Shown here in pieces: positions 44,647 through 53,872 of a DNA stretch of 53,872 nt. This DNA comes from Patescibacteria group bacterium. Its GTDB lineage: Bacteria > Patescibacteriota > Minisyncoccia > Phycocordibacterales > JACZSL01. The stretch lies in contig JACZSL010000003.1 of the NCBI GenBank assembly GCA_022574205.1, positions 1 to 53,872 of the forward strand, given 5' to 3'. Each line of letters begins with the position of its first letter. Within the stretch, counting starts at the first letter, position 1. The notes below the pieces were generated by a model. The model ran no database searches. It was not told the origin of the DNA and saw only the letters and a list, made by a program, of their open reading frames with translations. The translations under genes and the position numbers were made by a program.

Positions 44647-46305
44647 ATGTTTAAAAAAAATAAAAATTTGATATTTTGGCCTTACAGAGCTGTTAAAACA
44701 AGGCTAAAGGAAGCGACACAATTGCAATTAATACGAGATGGCGTTGCCCTCTTTTTGGTGATTGCTCTTGTAGCGCTCATTGCCTCTAGGAGCGGAACTC
44801 TGGAAGATATTCCATTTGATACAACACGCGAGGTAATGGTTTCAAACGTTGCTCTTCTTTCTACACAGTACGATCCCCTATCAATAACTGGAAATGTACG
44901 ATCAACGTCGCAAGCAAATCTCCGTGCAGAGTCGCAAGGAGAGATTGTTGGTGTGTACCGCTCTGTTGGTGATTTTATTTTTGCTGGCACGGTAATCGCG
45001 GAAATAAAAAATAATGCAGAGCGAGCGGCAGTTTTATCTGCAGAGGGTGCTGTTGAACAAGCCGAAGCTCAACTAAAAAAATTAGAAGGAGGTACGCGCG
45101 AAGAACAACTTGCTATCCTAGAGTTAACTAGAGATGGTGCGGCTCAAAGTTTTAATAATACAAAAATATCCACGCTGAGTAGCTTACTTTCTGTATACGC
45201 AACAATTAATGACGCAATATTACAAAAAGCTGATCAAATGTTCTCGAACCCTCGAACAAACAATCCGAACTTTAGTGTGGTGACTTCGGATTCTCAATTA
45301 CAGAATACTCTTGAATTAAAACGATTAGAGATAAACGTGATAATAGAAAGGCAGAAAGATAAGCAAAACACTTTGTCTGAAGATGATGATTTATCCAAAG
45401 AGATAGATACGGTTCGTGACGAAATAAGGTTTGTCTCAAGTTTTCTTGACGACTTAAACATTGCGTTAAACAAAGCGTTACCGACGCCGAGCATCACACT
45501 CTCTACCATCGCTCTATATAAGATAGACGCCTCGAGCGCGCGCGTAAGTGTGAACTCTTCTCTGTCAGCGGTTACAGCTGCGCGAAATACTTTAAATAAT
45601 TCTGAGACTCTATTAAAAGTGGCAGAAAAGAATCTCGAACAAGGAGTGACTGGCGAGCGAAGTGAGGACATCGCTGTGGCGCAGGCCAGTCTTAAACAAG
45701 CGCAAGGCGCGCTAAGGTCTACTCTGGCCAACCTTTCAAAGAAACTTATACGCACTCCCATTAACGGCACTATAAATACGCTAAACGTTGACCGCGGCGA
45801 CTTTATTGGAGCGTTCGAACTTGTTGCGGTTATCTCAAACAACAACACACTCGAGATACAAGCGTTCATAACAGAAACTGAAAAAGACCAAATCAAGGTT
45901 GGATCATCTGCTTTGATTTCGGGGCGCTACGCTGGCGTTGTCACAAGTGTCTCCCCCGGCCTCGACCCTATAACTAAAAAGATTGAGATTAGAGTCGCAC
46001 TCGCTGGGGACGCATCGACTCTTACACACGGTGGATCTGTACGAGTCCTTATAGACCGCAATGGATTCGATATTAATCCGGAAGAGATAGAGACTATAAC
46101 GATCCCGATTAAAGCGCTAAAGGTAGAGACAGACAGGATAATCGTGTTTACTGTCTCACGTGATAGAACGCTTGTTCCTCACGAAATAGAAGTAGGGTTG
46201 CTCTTAGGCGACAATATCATCATTACGGAAGGTCTATCGGCCGACATGGATATTGTCATCGACGCACGAGGTCTCCGCGCTGGGGATAGGGTGATCGTAA
46301 AGTAA
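44647..46305 (+). CDS. RND efflux periplasmic-adaptor (HlyD-like) protein with long coiled coil
   Basis: LRAESQGEIV lipoyl half, IRTPINGTI, VTSVSPGLD. Confidence 0.88.
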   Translation: MFKKNKNLIFWPYRAVKTRLKEATQLQLIRDGVALFLVIALVALIASRSGTLEDIPFDTTREVMVSNVALLSTQYDPLSITGNVRSTSQANLRAESQGEIVGVYRSVGDFIFAGTVIAEIKNNAERAAVLSAEGAVEQAEAQLKKLEGGTREEQLAILELTRDGAAQSFNNTKISTLSSLLSVYATINDAILQKADQMFSNPRTNNPNFSVVTSDSQLQNTLELKRLEINVIIERQKDKQNTLSEDDDLSKEIDTVRDEIRFVSSFLDDLNIALNKALPTPSITLSTIALYKIDASSARVSVNSSLSAVTAARNTLNNSETLLKVAEKNLEQGVTGERSEDIAVAQASLKQAQGALRSTLANLSKKLIRTPINGTINTLNVDRGDFIGAFELVAVISNNNTLEIQAFITETEKDQIKVGSSALISGRYAGVVTSVSPGLDPITKKIEIRVALAGDASTLTHGGSVRVLIDRNGFDINPEEIETITIPIKALKVETDRIIVFTVSRDRTLVPHEIEVGLLLGDNIIITEGLSADMDIVIDARGLRAGDRVIVK

Positions 46306-46306
46306 T

Positions 46307-49300
46307 ATGTACAATTTCTGGAGCTTTTTTATACGAAAAAAGATTTTCAGCTATCTTGTAATGATAGCTTTGATTGTCTTTGGGTTAGTTTCTTTAATAA
46401 CTCTCCCGAAGGAATCAAATCCTGAAGTAGATATTCCTATTGGTATAGTCTCGACCGGTCTTGCTGGCGCAAGCGCCGCTGACATCGAGAAGTTAATAAC
46501 CAATAAACTTGAGGAAGGGATAAAGAACAATCTCGATAATATTAAGAAGTTGACCTCGACTTCGAGAGAGGGTTTTTCATCAATCGTTGTAGAGTTTGAC
46601 GCAAAAGCGAATGTCGATAAATCCATCCAAGAGCTAAAGGATGAAGTAGATAAAATAAAACCCGAACTTCCGAGCGAGGCAACTGATCCGGTTGTCTTGA
46701 ATGTTGATTTCAGTAGCGAGCCAGTCCTCACTTTTTCTGTTTCGAGCGAACTTCCTGAAAAAGTGTTTGGGGCTATCGCTAGACAACTCGAGGAAGAAAT
46801 AAAAGCCATACGAGGTGTCTCTGACGTCTCGGTCGCGGGTCTACGGAGTCGTGAAGTCCAAGTCATAGTGAGCAAAGAGTCGCTAAACACATTTGGTATT
46901 AATATTACAGATGTTATAGGCGCGATCGCGGCAACAAACAGTACTCTTCCGGCCGGAAACATAGTCATAGATAACGTTAAGTACAATGTACAGTTTGAGG
47001 GCGACATAAATGACCCCAGTGAGATCGCCGACATAGCGATACTCGACCGCGGTGGTCTGCCGATTTATGTGCGCGACATAGCGACAGTCATAGATGGTTT
47101 TGAGGAGAGGACTACCCTTTCAAGAATAAGCATAGACGGTGAGCCGTCAAGATCATCTCTTTCATTTAATGTTTTTAAGAAAAGCGGTGGCGACATTACA
47201 GAGATAACGGGTTCTGTACAAGAACGTCTCGAGGAGCTGAAAGCGCCGGGAGAATTATTGTTCGGCCTCGACACACTTATCATTTTCGACACGGGCGAAT
47301 TTCTACTTAAGGACCTCAAGAGTCTGTCTCGGACCGGTTTGACCACAGTCTTTCTTGTAATGTTCGTACTTTTCATATCGATCGGGTGGCGCGAAGCGCT
47401 TATAGCAGGAAGTGCCATTCCACTTTCGTTTTTGATAGCTTTTATCGGTCTATCTGTCAGTGGCAATACATTAAACTTTGTTAGCCTCTTCTCGCTTATA
47501 TTAGCAATTGGTATTTTAGTGGATACGGGGATCGTTATAGTTGAAGGAATAAATACGCGATTGGCACGCTATGGGAGTAAGGTTGAAGCCGCTAAAAGCA
47601 CCATACACGAGTTCCATACACCTCTAACTAGCGGCACAATGACGACTATTGCGGTCTTCGCTCCCCTCTTTTTCATCTCCGGCATTGTAGGAGAGTTCAT
47701 TAAGAGCATTCCGTTTACAGTAATATCTGTACTCCTTGCTTCACTCTTGGTTGCGCTAGGATTCATCCCGCTCATCGCGTCTATATTTATGCGTGAACAT
47801 AAAAAGTCGACGAAGCTAGACGAACTACAGACTCGCTATACATCCAAGCTCCAAAATTGGTATCGTAATTATCTTGAAGTATTTCTCTCTTCAAAACGTC
47901 GAAAAAAAATATTTGCTTACGGGCTTGTGATACTTTTGGTTACTGCTGTAGCTCTCCCTATATCCGGATTAGTTAAAACAGAATTTTTTGGTGCGGGTGA
48001 CGAAGACTTTTTGATCGCAGAGATCGAACTTCCTGAAGGCACGGTTCTTGGAACTACTGACATAGAGGCGCGCAAACTTGAAGAGATTTTATACACGCAG
48101 AAAGAAATCGAGGCGTTCACTATAACGGTGGGTGCTGGGAGCGCATTTACAAACGGCGGCCAAAATACAAAAATTGCAAACGCCTTCCTTCTCTTGGATC
48201 CTGATCGCGAAATTACAAGTCGCGAAGTTATGAATGAACTTCGCGACAAACTTAGAGACGTTCACTCTAGCATTATACGTATCGTTCAACTTAGCGATGG
48301 ACCTCCTGTAGGAAAGCCTGTCGTAATAACATTCTTCGGGGACGACCTAAGTCTTCTCGAGAGTGTTGCCGAAGACGCTTCAAAAATTCTATCGTCTATT
48401 TCCGGAACGAGCGATGTCACTACAAGTACAAAAAACGACGGAACACAATTCATACTAAAAATCGACAAAGCGAAAGCAACCGAACTTGGTCTAAACTCAA
48501 ATGTGGTTTCGCAAATTCTCCGTGCCTCTGTTAACGGTATCGAAGCAACGACGATTAAGAGCGCCAGCGAAGACATCGACGTTTTGGTTAAGCTTGATCT
48601 AAATCCTGATTTTATAACTCCTCACGACACCAACCGTGTAAACCTCGACGCTCTGCGACAGATTGAAATCCACACACCAAAAGGTTCTATTCTACTTGGT
48701 TCCATCTTAGAGCCTAGTATTGCAAAGAGTAATACAGTGATTGCGCACGAGGATGGTAAACGCCACTCGACAGTTGAAAGTGAGTTGACCGAAAATGGCA
48801 ATACGCGCAATATCGTGAAAGAGTTTGCAAAGCGTGCAAAAACGGAGAATCTTGTACCTCTAGGAGTTACTATGGTTGTTGGTGGAGAAAACCAAGAGAC
48901 TGACGAGAGCTTTGCTGACATGGGTAAAGCGTTTGTCATTGGTATAATTTTAATGTTTGCGATCTTAGTACTTCAGTTTAACTCTTTCAGACATGCTATT
49001 TACACACTGTCTGTAGTACCGACGGCGCTTATTGGACTCTTCTTTGGTCTATTGTTTACAGGAAAAGCTCTTTCGTTCCCATCTTTAATGGGACTGATCG
49101 CGCTTTCCGGAATAGTGGTTAATAACTCGATTATTCTTATCGATACTATTAATCATCTTCGGATTAATAATCCTCTTATGAAGCATATCGACGCAGTGAT
49201 AGAAGGCTCTGTTCAGCGCCTTCGCCCAATCCTTTTGACGACAATAACTACCATAATCGGTATTGCTCCCCTTACGTTAGCGACAGAACTATGGGCGCCA

Positions 49301-49414
49301 CTCGCATGGAGCGTCATCTTCGGTTTGTCATTTACAGTATTTGCAACACTACTTTTGATCCCACTTCTCTACAACCGAAAACCAGGCACGCTTGGGAACG
49401 ATAAAAAAGTATAA
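46307..49414 (+). CDS. RND efflux permease (AcrB/AcrD/AcrF family)
   Basis: 1035 aa; LAIGILVD, GIVVNNSIIL, RLRPILLTT. Confidence 0.95.
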   Translation: MYNFWSFFIRKKIFSYLVMIALIVFGLVSLITLPKESNPEVDIPIGIVSTGLAGASAADIEKLITNKLEEGIKNNLDNIKKLTSTSREGFSSIVVEFDAKANVDKSIQELKDEVDKIKPELPSEATDPVVLNVDFSSEPVLTFSVSSELPEKVFGAIARQLEEEIKAIRGVSDVSVAGLRSREVQVIVSKESLNTFGINITDVIGAIAATNSTLPAGNIVIDNVKYNVQFEGDINDPSEIADIAILDRGGLPIYVRDIATVIDGFEERTTLSRISIDGEPSRSSLSFNVFKKSGGDITEITGSVQERLEELKAPGELLFGLDTLIIFDTGEFLLKDLKSLSRTGLTTVFLVMFVLFISIGWREALIAGSAIPLSFLIAFIGLSVSGNTLNFVSLFSLILAIGILVDTGIVIVEGINTRLARYGSKVEAAKSTIHEFHTPLTSGTMTTIAVFAPLFFISGIVGEFIKSIPFTVISVLLASLLVALGFIPLIASIFMREHKKSTKLDELQTRYTSKLQNWYRNYLEVFLSSKRRKKIFAYGLVILLVTAVALPISGLVKTEFFGAGDEDFLIAEIELPEGTVLGTTDIEARKLEEILYTQKEIEAFTITVGAGSAFTNGGQNTKIANAFLLLDPDREITSREVMNELRDKLRDVHSSIIRIVQLSDGPPVGKPVVITFFGDDLSLLESVAEDASKILSSISGTSDVTTSTKNDGTQFILKIDKAKATELGLNSNVVSQILRASVNGIEATTIKSASEDIDVLVKLDLNPDFITPHDTNRVNLDALRQIEIHTPKGSILLGSILEPSIAKSNTVIAHEDGKRHSTVESELTENGNTRNIVKEFAKRAKTENLVPLGVTMVVGGENQETDESFADMGKAFVIGIILMFAILVLQFNSFRHAIYTLSVVPTALIGLFFGLLFTGKALSFPSLMGLIALSGIVVNNSIILIDTINHLRINNPLMKHIDAVIEGSVQRLRPILLTTITTIIGIAPLTLATELWAPLAWSVIFGLSFTVFATLLLIPLLYNRKPGTLGNDKKV

Positions 49415-49433
49415 TTAAAACCCATTATTATAG

Positions 49434-49469
49434 AAAAGAATCCTTGCTTTAAAGCAAGGATTCTTTTTT
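49434..49469 (+). terminator. Terminator of the RND operon (34-bp perfect palindrome)
   Basis: aaaagaatccttgcttt/aaagcaaggattctttt followed by T-run. Confidence 0.75.
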
Positions 49470-49471
49470 AC

Positions 49472-49496
49472 ACGCAAGGCACGTCGTGCCTTGCGT
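49472..49496. repeat. Perfect 11-bp hairpin
   Basis: acgcaaggcac-gtc-gtgccttgcgt. Confidence 0.8.
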
Positions 49497-49509
49497 CACA
49501 GATTTCGCA

Positions 49510-49548
49510 TAAAAAAACCACAGTGGGGAGAAAGCTCTCCACTGCGGT
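49510..49548 (-). terminator. Intrinsic terminator of the 91-aa gene
   Basis: Minus strand accgcagtggagag-cttt-ctccccactgtggt then TTTTTT. Confidence 0.8.
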
Positions 49549-49577
49549 AACTGTTTGATCGTGTCGCTCATTTGGTC

Positions 49578-49853
49578 TTAGTCTGGGCGGTTGTGGTCCT
49601 GCAACTCTGCTATTGTGTAGACCCCTTCAGCCCAGAGGCAGCCCTGTATAAAACCAAGCCACCTGAAAGTTTTCTCTACCCTTCCTTCTTGGATGAAATC
49701 CAGCATTTTGTCGAGCATGCCGTGGCAATGACCAAGCGTGTCTTGGGGTGAATAAACTATTTGCTCATGGTGATATTCTATTTCCTCTATATCATGCTCT
49801 ACAAAGTAAGCTCGATATAGGCTAATGTCCTCTCGTACCTTATCGGGTGTCAT
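49578..49853 (-). CDS. 91-aa hypothetical protein (RWLGFIQG family)
   Basis: SD-like GGAG/AGGTG upstream, own terminator; LGHCHGM...EKTFRWLGFIQGCL motif. Confidence 0.75.
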   Translation of the reverse strand: MTPDKVREDISLYRAYFVEHDIEEIEYHHEQIVYSPQDTLGHCHGMLDKMLDFIQEGRVEKTFRWLGFIQGCLWAEGVYTIAELQDHNRPD

Positions 49854-49950
49854 TTCACCTACTCCTGTGTAGCGATTTCTGGCTCTAATTTATAGGTTTA
49901 TGCGAGAAAAGTAAAGGGTTGCCGCGATAAGTCAGCGATGTACAATAATA

Positions 49951-50031
49951 GGTGAACCATCACGTAGAATGGTGGTTCATAGAACCACATTCACTGGGGG
50001 TATTTCTCTGTATTTCCCCAGGATTTTTTAT
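49951..50031 (+). ncRNA. Candidate small RNA, unit 1
   Basis: TACAAT (49941-49946), GTGAACC..GGTTCA stem, CACATTC linker, GC stem + U-tract. Confidence 0.6.
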
Positions 50032-50083
50032 TTGAAAAAGATAGGTTGTCGCACAGATAGAATTAATGGTGTACAATAAGTAA

Positions 50084-50160
50084 GTGAACCTTCCCCAAAT
50101 TAGGTTCAAGTGCACCAGCACACATTCCCGGGGTTGCGTAAGCTCCCCGGGTTTTTTTTA
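50084..50160 (+). ncRNA. Candidate small RNA, unit 2
   Basis: TACAAT (50072-50077), GTGAACC..GGTTCA stem, CACATTC linker, cccgggg/ccccggg stem + T8. Confidence 0.6.
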
Positions 50161-50192
50161 TTTTGATGATCTCCCGTAGTCTCCCTCGTATT

Positions 50193-50243
50193 TATCCCGT
50201 ATGAAATAGGACGTAAACGTCCGTAATTTCGTTCGGGGCTCAT
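50193..50243 (-). mobile_element. Short decayed relative of the uvrB-type hairpin element
   Basis: tcccgtatgaaatagg..atttcgttcgggg resembles tcccgtacgaaatagg..atttcgtacggga; flanks ATGAG / ATAAA. Confidence 0.5.
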
Positions 50244-50279
50244 ACTCTATACTTATACTTTAGGTGCTACAATACACTC

Positions 50280-51323
50280 ATGCGGTTTACTACAATACAG
50301 CAATCAGTATTTTTTGGTTTACTTATTATAGTCACTGTAGGATTTTTATTTCTGATTCGTGATTTCCTTATGCCTGTATTTTGGGCGATAGTTTTTGCGA
50401 TTATCTTCTACCCACTCTATAGCTGGTGGCTTAGCGCCACTCGCGACCGTGCCTCGCTTTCTTCCTTTTTGACGATTATAACTATAACTTTGCTCATATT
50501 TACGCCTCTTTTCTTTCTAGGAAGCATGGTAGTAAAGGAATCTGTAGACTATTATCAGCAGTTTGCGGCGGGAGGAACTGTCAATGTCCTAGCCAAAGCT
50601 ACTGTAGCTACGGACTACCTCCAACAACTAGGTATTGAGCGCGAGCAGATTCAAGACGGCGTGGCAAGTGCCGCAAAAGCCGCAAGTAGCTGGCTTGCCA
50701 CGCAAGCTATAAGCTTCGGACAGAACACATTCAAGATAACGCTATCGTTCTTCTTCATGTTGTATCTATTGTTCTTCACACTGCGTGACGGAATTAAACT
50801 TAAGAAACGGCTTATCGAAATTTTGCCACTTGGCTACAGTAAAGAGAAAAGATTATTTAGAAAATTTGCATCCACAACTCGCGCGACCATAAAAGGCACG
50901 TTCCTCATCGCACTTATTCAGGGAGCGCTCGGTGGTATATTGTTCTTTGCAGTAGGAATAAGCGCGCCGTTTTTGTGGGGTTCCATCATGGGAGTGCTAT
51001 CTGTGATCCCCGCTATAGGTCCAGGCATTATCTGGCTTCCTGCCGGAATAATACTTCTCGTAAGTGGAAGTATTTGGCAGGGAATCTTTGTGCTTGTCGC
51101 CGGCGGACTTGTGATAAGTCTTATAGACAATGCACTTAGACCTATCTTTGTAGGAAAAGATACGGAGATGCCAGACTTTCTAATACTGCTTTCAACTTTT
51201 GGTGGACTATCTGTCTTTGGTATCACAGGTTTTATAATAGGCCCGATCATTGCCGCATTCTTCTTATCCATGTGGAACATGTTCGAAGAAGAATACAAAA
51301 AAGACCTCAAACTCAGAGGCTAA
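50280..51323 (+). CDS. AI-2E family transporter
   Basis: Multi-TM; DNALRPIFVG, GFIIGPII; leaderless TGC-TACAAT-6nt-ATG. Confidence 0.9.
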   Translation: MRFTTIQQSVFFGLLIIVTVGFLFLIRDFLMPVFWAIVFAIIFYPLYSWWLSATRDRASLSSFLTIITITLLIFTPLFFLGSMVVKESVDYYQQFAAGGTVNVLAKATVATDYLQQLGIEREQIQDGVASAAKAASSWLATQAISFGQNTFKITLSFFFMLYLLFFTLRDGIKLKKRLIEILPLGYSKEKRLFRKFASTTRATIKGTFLIALIQGALGGILFFAVGISAPFLWGSIMGVLSVIPAIGPGIIWLPAGIILLVSGSIWQGIFVLVAGGLVISLIDNALRPIFVGKDTEMPDFLILLSTFGGLSVFGITGFIIGPIIAAFFLSMWNMFEEEYKKDLKLRG

Positions 51324-51346
51324 GTCGCCTATAAAACCAAAGAAAA

Positions 51347-51814
51347 TTAGAGCTCGAGCTCCTCGATGTCGTGAAGAACTTCTTTTGCGTGCTCCGCTGG
51401 TTTTACCTTACGGTAGATTTTGGCTATGTTCCCTTTTGGATCGATAAGAAATGAATCGCGAAGTGTTCCCATATATTTTTTGCCCATAAAGTTTTTCTTT
51501 CCCCAGACCCCATATTTTTCTACCACTTCTTTACTCTCGTCGGATAGAATATTAAATGGGAATTTAAATTTCTCCGAGAACTTTTTATGGCTTTCGATTG
51601 AGTCAATGCTTACTCCAAATATAACAGCGTTAAGCTTTTCAAAATCAGAAAATGCGTCGCGCAGAGTCTCACCCTCTGTGGTACACCCTGGCGTATCGTC
51701 CTTTGGATAAAAATACAAGAGCACCCACTTGCCCAAGTAGTCATTGAGTGCGTGCGTCTTGCCGTCTTGATCAGGAAGACTAAATTCTGGAGCTTTATCC
51801 CCTACTTTAATCAT
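51347..51814 (-). CDS. bcp: Peroxiredoxin BCP (1-Cys type)
   Basis: [14 protein letters not shown]. Confidence 0.93.
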   Translation of the reverse strand: MIKVGDKAPEFSLPDQDGKTHALNDYLGKWVLLYFYPKDDTPGCTTEGETLRDAFSDFEKLNAVIFGVSIDSIESHKKFSEKFKFPFNILSDESKEVVEKYGVWGKKNFMGKKYMGTLRDSFLIDPKGNIAKIYRKVKPAEHAKEVLHDIEELEL

Positions 51815-51821
51815 AGGGGAA

Positions 51822-52750
<929 letters not shown>

Positions 52751-52805
52751 TTAGATTATGTTAGTAAATTTGAGCATGTCGATAATTTGCGTTACAGAAT
52801 GTTAG

Positions 52806-52848
52806 ATCCTGTGATTTGTGCTCATGAAATGAGCACCAAACACAGGAT
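52806..52848. other. Intergenic hairpin between atpG and atpD
   Basis: atcctgtg-atttgtgctcat-gaa-atgagcaccaaa-cacaggat. Confidence 0.6.
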
Positions 52849-52881
52849 TAAGTAAAATATATTTGTTTATAAATTCGCTCA

Positions 52882-53796
52882 TTATTTTTCTAAACTTTCC
52901 ATTCCACCAATAATTTCACTAACCTCACGTGTAATAAGCGCCTGACGGGCTTTATTAAACTTAAGATTTAACTCTTTCGAAATCTCCTCTGCTTTGTCCG
53001 AAGCATTCTTCATTGCAACCATTCTGGCTGAATGCTCGCTGGCTTTTGCCTCAATCAATGAGTGAAATACCTGAATGTTTATTAAAAAAGGTAAAAGTTC
53101 TTTGAAGATTTCATCAGAATCCGGCTCGAGCGTATATGATTGCACTTTTGTGTCATGCTCTTCGTCGGAGAATTTTCCAGTCTTCGGAACTATACCTTCT
53201 ATAACATCTTCCACTGCGCCATATGAGATAGGAAGGAGTCTTCGTATAACTGCCTCTTGTTCAAATGTGGAAAGAAACTGCGTGTAGAAAACATCACATC
53301 TGTCTATCTCACTGTCTTCAAACATTTTTATCAGCTTATTAGTAATCTCTTTCATATCATCAGTAGATACGTCATCGTTTATGTTGTCATAAGATTCGAT
53401 CACATTGAAGCCACGCTTTTTAAAGAATTCGCTACCTTTCTTTCCAATACATATAAACTTAGTATTTTCCTTAGTAAGCCCCCTTTCCTCCATATGCGCT
53501 TGAACTTTCTTTAAAATAGCGTTGTTTAAGTTTCCAGCAAGCCCTTTGTCACTGGTTACAACTAAAAAGCAACTAATTTTAGCATCCCTTTTTGCACGCA
53601 AAGGTGTGTTATCAAGTGTTCCACTTTCGCTCACGCGATGCAATATGTTTAGCGCAGAGTATGCATATGGCCTTGCCTGCAAAGCCCATTCCTGACTTTT
53701 GCGCATCTTAACTGCCGAAACTGCCTCCATAGCCTTCGTCACTTTATGCGTCTTATCAACAGAACGTATTTTGCTTTTAATAGTTTTGAGTGACAT
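52882..53796 (-). CDS. atpG: ATP synthase gamma subunit
   Basis: KVTKAMEAVS, TSDKGLAG, SEHSARMVAM, RQALITREVSEI. Confidence 0.95.
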   Translation of the reverse strand: MSLKTIKSKIRSVDKTHKVTKAMEAVSAVKMRKSQEWALQARPYAYSALNILHRVSESGTLDNTPLRAKRDAKISCFLVVTSDKGLAGNLNNAILKKVQAHMEERGLTKENTKFICIGKKGSEFFKKRGFNVIESYDNINDDVSTDDMKEITNKLIKMFEDSEIDRCDVFYTQFLSTFEQEAVIRRLLPISYGAVEDVIEGIVPKTGKFSDEEHDTKVQSYTLEPDSDEIFKELLPFLINIQVFHSLIEAKASEHSARMVAMKNASDKAEEISKELNLKFNKARQALITREVSEIIGGMESLEK

Positions 53797-53809
53797 GGTG
53801 ATTTAGTCA

Positions 53810-53836
53810 AAAGTTGAAAGTTGAAAGTTGAAAGTG
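53810..53836. repeat. Heptamer tandem repeat (AAAGTTG)x3.8
   Basis: aaagttg aaagttg aaagttg aaagtg. Confidence 0.85.
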
Positions 53837-53872
53837 ATGATTAATAATGTTATCGGTTTTTCGTTCATGACT

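Noticed and set aside
44647-49414. Missing TolC partner for the RND pair as a novelty
   Set aside because: RND permease plus adaptor without an outer-membrane factor is ordinary in monoderm-type envelopes
49952-50179. GTG-started 27- and 31-codon ORFs in the tandem units
   Set aside because: Both run through the terminator stems and U-tracts and share little sequence; non-coding is more parsimonious, though leaderless peptides are not excluded

Overview
Chromosomal window of a reduced-genome bacterium that looks like Patescibacteria/CPR (Parcubacteria-like). This rests on the truncated AlaRS and UvrC, LeuRS with an inserted domain, CPR-style hypothetical proteins and many leaderless starts; TGA is used as stop (code 11). 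Most genes are on the minus strand: ddl, uvrC/uvrA/uvrB with a two-component pair between uvrA and uvrB, grpE-dnaK-dnaJ, infA-rpmJ-rpsM-rpsK-rpsD-rpoA-rplQ-rplM-rpsI, alaS, mnmA, mltG, leuS, ychF, bcp and atpG. An RND efflux pair and an AI-2E transporter are on the plus strand. Best candidate for an undescribed system: a family of non-coding hairpin insertion elements (5'-TCCCG...CGGGA-3') sitting exactly at start codons. There are six copies with a 4-bp TGRA duplication, one without it and one relic. The element's terminal A rebuilds the ATG, and its arm places stop codons next to the new start. Two copies share about 205 bp of internal sequence. Other highlights: (1) a second 129-bp structured repeat twice inside the ribosomal operon; (2) two tandem ~77-nt promoter-hairpin-terminator units (candidate sRNA pair); (3) an atpD::atpC deletion-fusion pseudogene; (4) duplicated 3' ends of tRNA-Ala, rpsI and ychF (att-like scars); (5) a Doc toxin with an unannotated 43-aa partner; (6) an unannotated 43-aa Cys-rich microprotein; (7) a degenerate Nudix domain inside LeuRS. 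No CRISPR array, rRNA or transposase/integrase gene was seen. All family assignments are by motif recognition from memory; no searches were run and percent identities are by-eye estimates.
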